In this document: positions 9,875 through 18,223 of the stretch, one piece after another | How positions within the stretch are numbered: the first letter of the stretch is position 1 | Layout of the letters: each line of letters opens with the position of its first letter | The notes under the pieces: model-generated | What the model saw: the letters and a program-made list of their open reading frames with translations, nothing else | Databases searched by the model: none | What the model was told of the DNA's origin: nothing | Assembly (NCBI GenBank): GCA_964504385.1 | Contig: CAZDEF010000001.1 | Span: forward strand, 294 to 64,293 | Source: an uncultured Oscillospiraceae bacterium | Lineage (GTDB): Bacteria > Bacillota > Clostridia > Christensenellales > Aristaeellaceae | Length of the DNA stretch: 64,000 bases | Direction of reading: 5' to 3' | Translations under genes and position numbers: made by a program

Positions 9875-10961
9875 TCTTCTGCGCTTCCTTTATCAGTTCT
9901 TCCAGGAACCGTCTTCCTTCGTCCTTGATATTGCCTGCGCACAGCACCTGCGCATGGCGCTTGATCCACTGGCGCGGCTGCTGCACCGGCGCAGTCTGTA
10001 TGCCGGTGATCCGCTTCAGGTAGTGCGCGCACCATTCCCGGCTATCGCCGATCACACCGATTTCACAGGGCGGCTGCTTGCAGTCGCGCAGCACCTGCGC
10101 AAAGGCCTCCACGCGATAGGAGCGGTCGCGGCGATGATTGTACAGCAGCGCATATTCGCCAGACTGCGCACATTCCGCCAGCACCTCGCGGAAGCTGACA
10201 GGGTCGTTGGCAGCAAAGGCGTTGCGCATGCGGCATCCGTCAACCTCCAACTGTTTATACATTCCAATATCCGGACTGGTGTTCAGCACGCCACGGCGAA
10301 ACGTATCCTCGCCGATGCCCAGCTGCTTGCACAGCGCCGCCACCAGCGCCGCGTTCGCCGGATGCACCGGGAACGGGCAGGCGGCAAATGCGCTTACATC
10401 CGCCGTTTCTTCCGGGATCACCAGTTTATGCGTGAACGCGCCGAAACGCTCATCCTGCGCGATCACGGTACATTCGTCTGTAATGGACTGAGCAAGCACC
10501 GCAACGGTTTCTTCCTCAGTTTTGCCGATCTCCTCAATATGATCGACATACGCATTGGTCATCAGCACATAGTCCGGCCTGATGAGTTGATGCGCGATTA
10601 GAAATTGGTTTTCCGGGCGCTGCGCCATGCATTCCACCACAATGGCCTGCGCCTTTCCGCTGGCAGCCAGCCGCACGAAGGGCAGCTGCTCCAGCATGCT
10701 TACAGGGCGATGCTCCCTGCGGTATTCTTCCTCCCGGCCATTTGGCAGGATCCTTCGGGCTTCTGATCCCGTGGTTTTGGCATAGGTTCGAATTCCGGCT
10801 TCCTTCAGCACTGCCGCCGTCATGCGGGTCACGGTGGTTTTTCCGCGTGTGCCGTTCACCAGAATGCGCAGTGGAATTCTGGCCAGCATACGCTGATGCA
10901 GCCGGTTTTCTGCCAGTCCTGCCAGCAGCAGCACGCCCAGCGCGGCAATCACAACAAACAT
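9867..10961 (-). CDS. pgsB: Poly-gamma-glutamate synthase PgsB/CapB (Mur-ligase-like amide ligase)
   Basis: N-terminal TM, then P-loop VNGTRGKTTVTRM and ECMA..PENQ motifs. Start ATG 10961 is preceded by GCAGGAGG (SD). An alternative upstream ATG exists at 10994. Confidence 0.85.
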   Translation of the reverse strand: MFVVIAALGVLLLAGLAENRLHQRMLARIPLRILVNGTRGKTTVTRMTAAVLKEAGIRTYAKTTGSEARRILPNGREEEYRREHRPVSMLEQLPFVRLAASGKAQAIVVECMAQRPENQFLIAHQLIRPDYVLMTNAYVDHIEEIGKTEEETVAVLAQSITDECTVIAQDERFGAFTHKLVIPEETADVSAFAACPFPVHPANAALVAALCKQLGIGEDTFRRGVLNTSPDIGMYKQLEVDGCRMRNAFAANDPVSFREVLAECAQSGEYALLYNHRRDRSYRVEAFAQVLRDCKQPPCEIGVIGDSREWCAHYLKRITGIQTAPVQQPRQWIKRHAQVLCAGNIKDEGRRFLEELIKEAQKNV

Positions 10962-11001
10962 GGCCAGCCTCCTGCAAAAAAAATCGATCTTCAAACGGGA
11001 A

Positions 11002-11031
11002 GGTCCAAGCGCTCCGCAGAGCGCTTGGACC
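11002..11031 (-). terminator. Hairpin (weak terminator or attenuator) between the C69 peptidase gene and pgsB
   Basis: ggtccaagcgct (11002-11013) pairs with agcgcttggacc (11020-11031). The downstream tract ttcccgtttgaag is T-poor, and only about 35 nt remain before the pgsB ATG, so read-through is likely. Confidence 0.4.
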
Positions 11032-11053
11032 CAATGTGTTTGCGAATGCAGCG

Positions 11054-12670
11054 TTACTGAGCAGCCGCTTCCTCAACAGGCTTGTTGGGGGCGTTGTCCA
11101 GAATATCGCTCCACCACTGGGGATACTTGGCTTCGTTCATGTCAACGCGGTTGAACATGTACTTGGCATACAGCTTGTCGCCCAGCTCGGTCCAGTACTG
11201 GTGCCATTCGTTGGCGTTGTTGCAGGCATATTCGGTGATCAGCTTCACAGCAGCGTCGCTGTCGCCGGCTTCCACCAGCGCGGCAGCCGCAGCCTGAATG
11301 CTGGCAACCTCGGCATACTGCTCATCCATCTTGGGATCGCGGGCAGCATAGATGTCCTGAATAGCGCTCTGGTAGTTCTGAGAGGCGGTCTGCTGCACAT
11401 ACTGAGAGATCCACCAAGCAGAATTACGATCGAAGGTGCCATAACGGGTGCCGGTAGACAGAATCTCGGGCAGCTCGGTCATGGAAGCCCACAGCGGGAT
11501 GCTGTAGGAGGAGTCAGAAGCGCCCCAGCCGATCCACACCAGGCAGCGGGCTTCCTTGGGCAGGTTGGCGTTGACGTTGCAGATGGTGTGATAGGTAGCG
11601 CGGTACAGGTTGATGGTGCGCTCCTTGTGCTTGTCGCTCAGCACATTGCCGAAGGGACCGGCTTCGGGAGTCAGAGAAACATCGTACTCAGTGCCCTGAT
11701 AGTAGTCGGAGTTCAGCGCGCGAACATCAGCAACGCTCAGCTTCTTCTCGGGGATGACATACAGGGGATAGTAGTCCGCGTTGGGATCCAGGTTCAGGCT
11801 GGGCGCCACCAGATCAAACGCGCGCCACTCGCGGCGGCTGGAGTAAGCATCCACATAGGGGCAGTAGGTCTTGGCGGGGTTGAAGTCGCCATCCACAGCC
11901 GCATCGTACAGGCCGTTTTCTTCAGCGAAGGAAACCAGATTCTCGGACCACATGTAGTTCTCGGGATCGTTGAAGTCGATATGGTCGATGCGGCAGCGGT
12001 TCGCAGCCACAAAGAAGGCATTGTCGGGGATCTTCACAGCGCACCACAGATCCAGGCCGTAGCACTCCATGATCCACACTTCGTTACCGTCGCAGATGTT
12101 GAGCACTTCAGCGGAAGTGTTCCAGCCGTAGTTTTCAACCAGATCCGCCACGATCTCCACAGCCTCGCGGGCGGTGGTGGCGCGCTCCAGCGCAATGTGC
12201 TGCGCCTGGTAACAGTCGATGATGCCGTTGTTGCTATCATAGAACAGCTCAGCCAGCTTCTGGGTGCGCTCATCGCTGGGGATGAACCAGCAGGTGCACT
12301 CGCCCATAGCCACGCCGTGCTCGTTGATGATGGAGTAGTTGCCATGCAGGTACTGGTAGGTATCCTCGGTTTGGGGCATTTCGCCAAGCACCATGCCGCC
12401 GCCGTAATCCTTGGTGTTGGGATAGTTGGACCAGTCGCCATAGAGGTTGCCATTCATGACGATGTCACGGGTAACGCCCTCGCCGCCTTTCATGGCGGGG
12501 ATGATCCACAGACGGGAATCGTCGCCGGTGGAGTCGCAGGTGTGGGTAACAATGGTGGAACCATCGGTGGTGGCATCCTTACCAATGCCATAGATGGTGC
12601 AGGCCATCGCACTGGACATCATCATGACCAGCGCCAGAGCCATCGCAACCGCGCTCAGGAACTTCTTCAT
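11054..12670 (-). CDS. Secreted C69-family cysteine (di)peptidase, paralog 1
   Basis: 538 aa. Signal peptide ending SSAMA, directly followed by CTIYGIGKDATTDGSTIVTHTCDS, the Ntn-type C69 N-terminus. Confidence 0.85.
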   Translation of the reverse strand: MKKFLSAVAMALALVMMMSSAMACTIYGIGKDATTDGSTIVTHTCDSTGDDSRLWIIPAMKGGEGVTRDIVMNGNLYGDWSNYPNTKDYGGGMVLGEMPQTEDTYQYLHGNYSIINEHGVAMGECTCWFIPSDERTQKLAELFYDSNNGIIDCYQAQHIALERATTAREAVEIVADLVENYGWNTSAEVLNICDGNEVWIMECYGLDLWCAVKIPDNAFFVAANRCRIDHIDFNDPENYMWSENLVSFAEENGLYDAAVDGDFNPAKTYCPYVDAYSSRREWRAFDLVAPSLNLDPNADYYPLYVIPEKKLSVADVRALNSDYYQGTEYDVSLTPEAGPFGNVLSDKHKERTINLYRATYHTICNVNANLPKEARCLVWIGWGASDSSYSIPLWASMTELPEILSTGTRYGTFDRNSAWWISQYVQQTASQNYQSAIQDIYAARDPKMDEQYAEVASIQAAAAALVEAGDSDAAVKLITEYACNNANEWHQYWTELGDKLYAKYMFNRVDMNEAKYPQWWSDILDNAPNKPVEEAAAQ

Positions 12671-12822
12671 TGGGTGGACTCTCCTTTCGTACTTTGGGAA
12701 TGGGGATCATATCATGAATTCTGCTGCAAGGCCGCCGTATACACGCAGCGTCTCCTGCAGCAAAATACATTCCTTTGGGCAGCGCACGGATGCACACGCA
12801 CCCGTGCGCTCAAGGAGACACT

Positions 12823-14433
12823 TTACTCAGCTTCCACAGGCTTGTTGGCGGCGTTGTCCAGAATGTCGCTCCACCACTGGGGATACTTGGCTTCATTCAT
12901 GTCAACGCGTTCAAACATGTACTTGGCGTACAGCTTGTCGCCCATTTCCAGCCAGCTGCCATACCATTCTTCTGCATTGCTGCAGGCATAGTTGGTCAGC
13001 AGTTCAATGGCGGCCTCGCTGTTGCCAGCCTCCACCAGAGCGGTGGCTGCAGCCTGCACGCTGGCAACGGTTTCGTACTGTTCTGCCAGCTTGGGATCGC
13101 GCAGAGCGTGGATCTCTTCAATGGCGCTGTCGTAATTCTGCGTGGCGGTCTGCTGCACATAGGAAGCGATCCACCAGCCGGAATTGCGGTCGAAGGAACC
13201 ATAACGGGTGCCCACGGAGTACAGCTCCGGCAGACGGGTCATGGAAGCCCACAGCGGCACGATGAAAGAGGAATCCGGAGCGCCGAAGCCATGCCACACC
13301 AAAGAACGAACTTCCTTGGGCAGGTTGGCGTTGATGTTGGCGATCATCAGATAGGCGGTGCGGTACAGGTTGATGGTACGCTCATGATGCTTATCGCTGA
13401 GCGGATTGCCGAAGGGACCGGCTTCAGGAGTGAGCGACACGTCATACTCCGTGCCCTGATAATAGTCGCTGTTGATCTGGCGGATATCCTCCACGCTCAG
13501 CTTCTTTTCAGGGATCACATACAGCGGGTAGTAGTCTGCGTCGGGATCCAGATTCAGGCTGGGAACCACCAGACTCAGCGCGCGCCACTCGCGGCGGTTG
13601 CAGTAGGGGTCGCTGTAGGGGGAGTAGATCTTAGCGGGTGCAAAGGGTTCGCCGCTTTCCTCGCTCCACAGCCCGTTTTCGATCGCGAAGGACTTGAGGT
13701 TGGGCGAACACATGTAGTTCTCGGTGTCCTCAAAGTCGAACTCCGTGATACGGCAACGGTTGGCCGCTACGAAGAATGCGTTGTCCGGCAGTCGCACTGC
13801 GCACCAGAGGTCCATACCGTACACTTCCAGGATCCACACTTCGTTGCCATCGCAGATGTTCATCACTTCTGCCGAATTGGCCCAGTGGTATTCCTCCACC
13901 AGCTCGCCGATGATCTGCACGGCTTCACGCGCGGTCTTCGCGCGCTCCATGGCAATGTGCTGCGCATGGTAGCAGTCGATGATGCCGTCGTTCATCAGGG
14001 TGAGCAGCTCGTACAGCTTCATGGTGTGGTCGTCCTGCGGGATGTACCACGCGGTGGATTCGCCCATGGCCACGCCATACTCGTTGATGAAGGAATAGTT
14101 GCTGTGAATGTACTGGTTGGTATCCTCAGGCTGAGGCATCTCACCAAGCACCATGCCGCTGCCATAATCCTTGGTATTGGGGTAGTCGCCCCAGTCGCCA
14201 TAGGAATGGCCGTTCATGACGATGTCACGCGTCACACCTTCGCCGCCTTCCATGCGCGGAATGATCCACGTACGGAAGTCATCGCTGGTGGTATCGTCGG
14301 TATGCGTGACGATGGTGGAGCCGTCAACCGTCGCGTCTTTGCCAACACCCATAATGGTGCAGGCCATGGCGCTCTGTGTGAACAGAGCGATGATCATCAT
14401 AACAGTCAGGAAGAAGTGCCATGTTTTGCGCAT
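12823..14433 (-). CDS. Secreted C69-family cysteine (di)peptidase, paralog 2
   Basis: 536 aa. Signal peptide ending QSAMA, followed by CTIMGVGKDATVDGSTIVTHTDD. Long runs are identical to paralog 1, for example ADYYPLYVIPEKKLSV and NSDYYQGTEYDVSLTPEAGPFGN. Confidence 0.85.
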   Translation of the reverse strand: MRKTWHFFLTVMMIIALFTQSAMACTIMGVGKDATVDGSTIVTHTDDTTSDDFRTWIIPRMEGGEGVTRDIVMNGHSYGDWGDYPNTKDYGSGMVLGEMPQPEDTNQYIHSNYSFINEYGVAMGESTAWYIPQDDHTMKLYELLTLMNDGIIDCYHAQHIAMERAKTAREAVQIIGELVEEYHWANSAEVMNICDGNEVWILEVYGMDLWCAVRLPDNAFFVAANRCRITEFDFEDTENYMCSPNLKSFAIENGLWSEESGEPFAPAKIYSPYSDPYCNRREWRALSLVVPSLNLDPDADYYPLYVIPEKKLSVEDIRQINSDYYQGTEYDVSLTPEAGPFGNPLSDKHHERTINLYRTAYLMIANINANLPKEVRSLVWHGFGAPDSSFIVPLWASMTRLPELYSVGTRYGSFDRNSGWWIASYVQQTATQNYDSAIEEIHALRDPKLAEQYETVASVQAAATALVEAGNSEAAIELLTNYACSNAEEWYGSWLEMGDKLYAKYMFERVDMNEAKYPQWWSDILDNAANKPVEAE

Positions 14434-14466
14434 CGTTCTGTCATCTCCTTATTCAATAGGGAAGGG

Positions 14467-15642
14467 TTAGATCTCAAATACCAGGTCAGGATCCGCCGTT
14501 TCAGGATTCTGCAGGAAGTAGCCGCAGTCCTTGTCCATCAGGTCATTGTAGCCGGGCCAAGTGGCAACGATGTCCTTGCCTTCAAACATCAGCTGCATGT
14601 CGTTGGCCCAGGACAGCACTTCCTTGGCGCCTTCGAGGTGACGGCCAACGCGGTACTTCATAGGCGCGCCGAACTCGGAATCGTAATCCACATAGGTCAG
14701 GCCGTGATCGGAAGCGATCTGCAGGATCTCGTCCTTGCCTTCGGTCTGCAGGGTAGCCGTCATGGGGCCGACGATCCAGTCGGTGAAGGGCTGGGGAGTC
14801 TCCATCAGGATCGCCAGTGTGTCGGAGAAGTCGCCCCACTCACGGTGCGACAGGCCGCGCAGGTTCTTCGGAGACTGCTCGCACTTCATATAGAAGCGAT
14901 CGGCAGACAGGCTCATGGCAGCCATCATCGCCATGTCCAGCGCGCGGTCGTGCGCCACGTAGGTTTCCACCACGGGGTACATGACGGCGGCTTCGTGGCA
15001 GTCGATAGCGATGTCCACGTCCTCATTGCGGATGATCTCCATGATGCCGTAGCACACGCGCTCAATCAGCGAGCCGTTGGGTCGGCCGGGATAGCAGCGG
15101 TTGACATTGCGGATATCCTGATAGGTCAGAGCCAGATTGGACGGATAGTGCATGTAGGTGAAGGGATCCGGCCAGGAATCCAGCGGATTGGCCCAGCGGT
15201 CGCCGTTCTTGTACTGCACGGTGCCCCATTCGGTTTCGATCTCGTAATAACGGGGATAGGCGTTGCCCAGCATACCGGTGGTGGTAGCGCTGCGGTTGGC
15301 CTGCGGGATGATGATGACGCGGCCCTTTTCCACCTGAATGTTCTCAAGCAGCACATAGGCGGACAGGCTGGCGGCAGGCTCGTAGGGGTGGGTACCGCCC
15401 ACATAGAGCAGCGTGCCGCCCTCAACGCCGGAGTCAAAGATGAACACAGGGGTATCGCCGAAGGTGCCTTCCAGACTGGGGACCCACTCGCTGAGCATGT
15501 GCTGCTCAGTCAGCGCAGAGGAGGCAACCACGGTTTCGGGGGTGTGACGGTAGGTGTAGAACTCGATGCCGGCCAGCGTGGCCATCACCAGTGCGCACGC
15601 CAGCGCCAGCAGCTTGGCCAGAAGACTCTTGCTCATTTTCAT
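14467..15642 (-). CDS. AstE/AspA-family (M14-like zinc) deacylase/carboxypeptidase with N-terminal signal/anchor
   Basis: GGTHPYEPAA (HxxE zinc motif), NRCYPGRPNGSLIERVCYGI (family NRxFPG...G..ER motif) and IAIDCHEA (second His). N-terminal hydrophobic segment LLAKLLALACALVMATLAG. SD GGGAGGAAG lies upstream of ATG 15642. Confidence 0.75.
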   Translation of the reverse strand: MKMSKSLLAKLLALACALVMATLAGIEFYTYRHTPETVVASSALTEQHMLSEWVPSLEGTFGDTPVFIFDSGVEGGTLLYVGGTHPYEPAASLSAYVLLENIQVEKGRVIIIPQANRSATTTGMLGNAYPRYYEIETEWGTVQYKNGDRWANPLDSWPDPFTYMHYPSNLALTYQDIRNVNRCYPGRPNGSLIERVCYGIMEIIRNEDVDIAIDCHEAAVMYPVVETYVAHDRALDMAMMAAMSLSADRFYMKCEQSPKNLRGLSHREWGDFSDTLAILMETPQPFTDWIVGPMTATLQTEGKDEILQIASDHGLTYVDYDSEFGAPMKYRVGRHLEGAKEVLSWANDMQLMFEGKDIVATWPGYNDLMDKDCGYFLQNPETADPDLVFEI

Positions 15643-15658
15643 TTTCTCTCTTCCTCCC

Positions 15659-15832
15659 TTACTTGATCTGCAGGATTCGCAGGAGGAACGGGATGATGCA
15701 GTAGGCGTAAACAATGTCGTTCACAATGCCCTTGTTCTTCTCACGCTTGAACAGATGCTTAACGAGGAAGAAGCAGGAAACCGCTGCGAAGATCATGTAG
15801 ATCCAATAAATCACATTTTGCAGAAATACCAT
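15659..15832 (-). CDS. 57-aa two-TM membrane micro-protein (absent from the ORF track)
   Basis: Hand translation: MVFLQNVIYWIYMIFAAVSCFFLVKHLFKREKNKGIVNDIVYAYCIIPFLLRILQIK. SD AAAGGAGG sits 6 nt before the ATG. The ORF fits exactly between the permease stop (15-nt gap) and the deacylase start (16-nt gap). Confidence 0.6.
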   Translation of the reverse strand: MVFLQNVIYWIYMIFAAVSCFFLVKHLFKREKNKGIVNDIVYAYCIIPFLLRILQIK

Positions 15833-15847
15833 GCCAATCCTCCTTTC

Positions 15848-17152
15848 TTAAATCAGGAAAGTGAACTTGTTGGGCCAGATGAGCATCGCTAGCGCGATGA
15901 GACCCAGCATCAAGCAGGGGATGATGATCGCCTTGAGGAACTCCGTGTACTTGCCTTCGTAGCCGACCGCTTCAATGGCCAGACGGCCCGTGATGCGGGA
16001 GGGGGGCAGGCAGTCGCCGATGGGGAACATCAGCGCCAGCGCGACCGCGGCGATCTTGGGCTCAAAGCCCATGGAGTTGAACAGGAAGATCAGCGGAGCG
16101 CCAAACACCACGGCGCTGCCGTAGTTGAGCGCACCCTGCAGGAAGGGAGCCACAAACAGCACGGTCACATAGATCCATACCACGGGCAGGGTGATGAAGG
16201 TGATGCCGATGAGGCCCTTCACGCCGGTGGCGGACATGGCGTTCTGCAGCATGCCAACGCTCAGCACGGTGGCGATCAGGGGGAAGATCTGCTCGAAGGT
16301 CTCGTCGATGATCTTCCAGTAATCCTTCAGGCTCATCTTCTTGGGGTTGCACAGCACAGCCACGATGGCGGACAGGATGAACATCAGCGGCAGGCCGATG
16401 ATCGGGATAGCATGAGCGGCGTAGTTGGAAGCGAGGAACAGCGCAACCAGCACCACCAGCGGCAGCAGGATGCGCCACCAGGTCATGTTGGCAGGAGCCT
16501 CAGGCAGACTGGCCAGCACTTCTTCCTTGCTCTGGCGCTTGGTGCCCCAGCCAAGGAATACGATGGTGAAGATACCCACGATGATGATCGGCACCATCAG
16601 CGGCAGACCGAAGCCCACGTAGGGGATGTCGGAACCGGAGGCGATCATCATGGCCCACAGGTTGACGGGCGGCGCCGCAGCGCTCAGGATGGCGAACATG
16701 AACACGAAGGCGGCGGTGCGCTTCTTGTTCAAGCCCATCGCGCCGGCGATGGTGGAGACCATGGTGCCCAGCACGAAGATGGAGATGCTGCCCGCGCCGG
16801 TCAGCGCGCCGGGGATGAGCATGAACGCGCCCATGCAGGCCAGCAGGATCCACTTGTTGTTCACACGGTTTACCAGACCGCGGGTCACGGTATCGATCGC
16901 GCCCGTCTGGGAGTAGATGCTCACGAAGATGGACGCGGTAATAAAGATCAATGCAGTATCAAGGTTTACAAACAGGCCTTCCACCAGCACGCGGGGGAAG
17001 GAATCGGTCCAGCCGAAACCACAGCCGAACAGCACGCCGACCACAGCGGTGACCGCCAGAGAGATCTCGGGCGATTTCAGGAAGATGCTCGCCAGGACGA
17101 ACGCTGCCACCATGGCAACTAGGACAACGATTGTACTCATGTAGACAGACAC
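15848..17152 (-). CDS. DctM-like (TRAP large-subunit / ion-transporter superfamily) permease
   Basis: 434 aa, polytopic. Two repeat-hairpin signatures, GLNKKRTAAFVFMFAILSAAAPPVNLW and MGFEPKIAAVALALMFPIGDCLPPSRITG, parallel the DctM ...IGPIIPPS... and ...GLITPPVG... motifs. GTG start 17152 is preceded by GAAGGAGGG. Confidence 0.7.
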   Translation of the reverse strand: MSVYMSTIVVLVAMVAAFVLASIFLKSPEISLAVTAVVGVLFGCGFGWTDSFPRVLVEGLFVNLDTALIFITASIFVSIYSQTGAIDTVTRGLVNRVNNKWILLACMGAFMLIPGALTGAGSISIFVLGTMVSTIAGAMGLNKKRTAAFVFMFAILSAAAPPVNLWAMMIASGSDIPYVGFGLPLMVPIIIVGIFTIVFLGWGTKRQSKEEVLASLPEAPANMTWWRILLPLVVLVALFLASNYAAHAIPIIGLPLMFILSAIVAVLCNPKKMSLKDYWKIIDETFEQIFPLIATVLSVGMLQNAMSATGVKGLIGITFITLPVVWIYVTVLFVAPFLQGALNYGSAVVFGAPLIFLFNSMGFEPKIAAVALALMFPIGDCLPPSRITGRLAIEAVGYEGKYTEFLKAIIIPCLMLGLIALAMLIWPNKFTFLI

Positions 17153-17186
17153 GAGTTTTGTCCCTCCTTCATTCTAGTACATTTTC

Positions 17187-17228
17187 GGGGAAAAAGCAGA
17201 GGGGAGCACAATGCGCTTGTCTCCCCTC
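17187..17228 (-). terminator. Intra-operon attenuator/terminator after the secreted-protein gene
   Basis: Minus strand reads gaggggag (17228-17221), a loop, ctcccctc (17206-17199), then tgctttttcccc. This is the arrangement typical after solute-binding-protein genes. Confidence 0.5.
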
Positions 17229-17240
17229 CACTCCAATGGC

Positions 17241-17840
17241 TTACTTCACGAAAGCCTGCTTGATCAGCTCAACGAAGTCCATGGAGCTGTCCAGCAGCGT
17301 CAGGGGAGTGCCGTTGGCAGTCTTGAAAGCGTCATAACGGCCGTCGGTGTTCACGTCGTTGAGCACGACCATCCAGCTGGCGCCGGGGCACACAGCGTCG
17401 ATGCAGCGTTCGTTGGCGTTGGTGGACACGTCGGAACGCTTGTCCTTCTCCAGCATCACGGCCACAACAGGCACGTTGGCTTCCTTGGCAGCAGCCACCA
17501 CTTCGTTCACACGAGCGATCTCCTGATCGATGGTGATGCCGGTAGCGCCCAGGCCCTTATCGGTGGAGCCGATGATGATGATGATCGCGGAGTAGTCGCG
17601 AGCGGTCACATCGGCAGCGTAGGGAACGTCAACGTAGAAGAAGTCCTGATCCTCCACCAGAGTGCCGGCGCGGGTGGCCAGCAGACGGCCCATCTTGCCG
17701 CCAGGGCCCTGGCCGGCATTGGTGATCATGAAAGGCGTGCCGTAGTTCATCACAGCATCGCCGCTGATGGCAGCGGAAGCGCACATGGGGATGGTCATCA
17801 GAGCGCACAGAACCAGAACGAGACTGAGAATTCTTTTCAT
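17241..17840 (-). CDS. Secreted ~170-aa (mature) alpha/beta protein of unknown function, candidate binding component
   Basis: Signal peptide MKRILSLVLVLCALMTIPMCASA. Alternating beta-alpha pattern (SAIIIIIGSTDKGLGATG..., ANVPVVAVMLEKD...). SD AAAGGAAG. First gene of the array. Confidence 0.65.
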   Translation of the reverse strand: MKRILSLVLVLCALMTIPMCASAAISGDAVMNYGTPFMITNAGQGPGGKMGRLLATRAGTLVEDQDFFYVDVPYAADVTARDYSAIIIIIGSTDKGLGATGITIDQEIARVNEVVAAAKEANVPVVAVMLEKDKRSDVSTNANERCIDAVCPGASWMVVLNDVNTDGRYDAFKTANGTPLTLLDSSMDFVELIKQAFVK

Positions 17841-18160
17841 GTTGGTAACTTCCTTTCTGTTGTTTACGGTCTCCTTTTGCCTGCAACTAAAAAGTGTGAA
17901 AGCCATCAGAGTCTCCCTTACATGCATGTAGCCGCGTCCCCTGCAACAGCACAAAACGTCTTTTGAATTCCGTTTTCTCCTGCATGTACATTCGATCCTT
18001 CTGTTTCCTCCCCTTCAATTGTGTAGCATCCGTTCCAGTCATAGACAGGAATCGAGGTTTTGAGATACCGTTTTGTTTATTTTACTGGTTTTTCTACCAA
18101 ATGTATAGTATCTTTATTTTTGTCCAGTATAAGAAAAACGAATACTCGTTTGTCGCCGTC

Positions 18161-18190
18161 TTGTTCAAGACAACAATGATATGCTATAAT
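18161..18190 (+). promoter_or_regulatory. Putative promoter of the LysR gene
   Basis: TTGTTC (18161-18166), an 18-nt spacer, then TGcTATAAT extended -10 (TATAAT at 18185-18190). Confidence 0.4.
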
Positions 18191-18223
18191 ATGACATATC
18201 TCATCTGTTAGAGGTGACAGCAA

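Noticed and set aside
10742-15666. Two very long plus-strand ORFs (749 aa at 10742-12991 and 963 aa at 12775-15666).
   Set aside because: They are exactly antisense to the well-supported C69 peptidase and AstE/AspA genes. Their translations are Gly/Ala/Arg/His/Val-rich with no recognisable motif, no SD and no sensible start. These are classic high-GC shadow ORFs.
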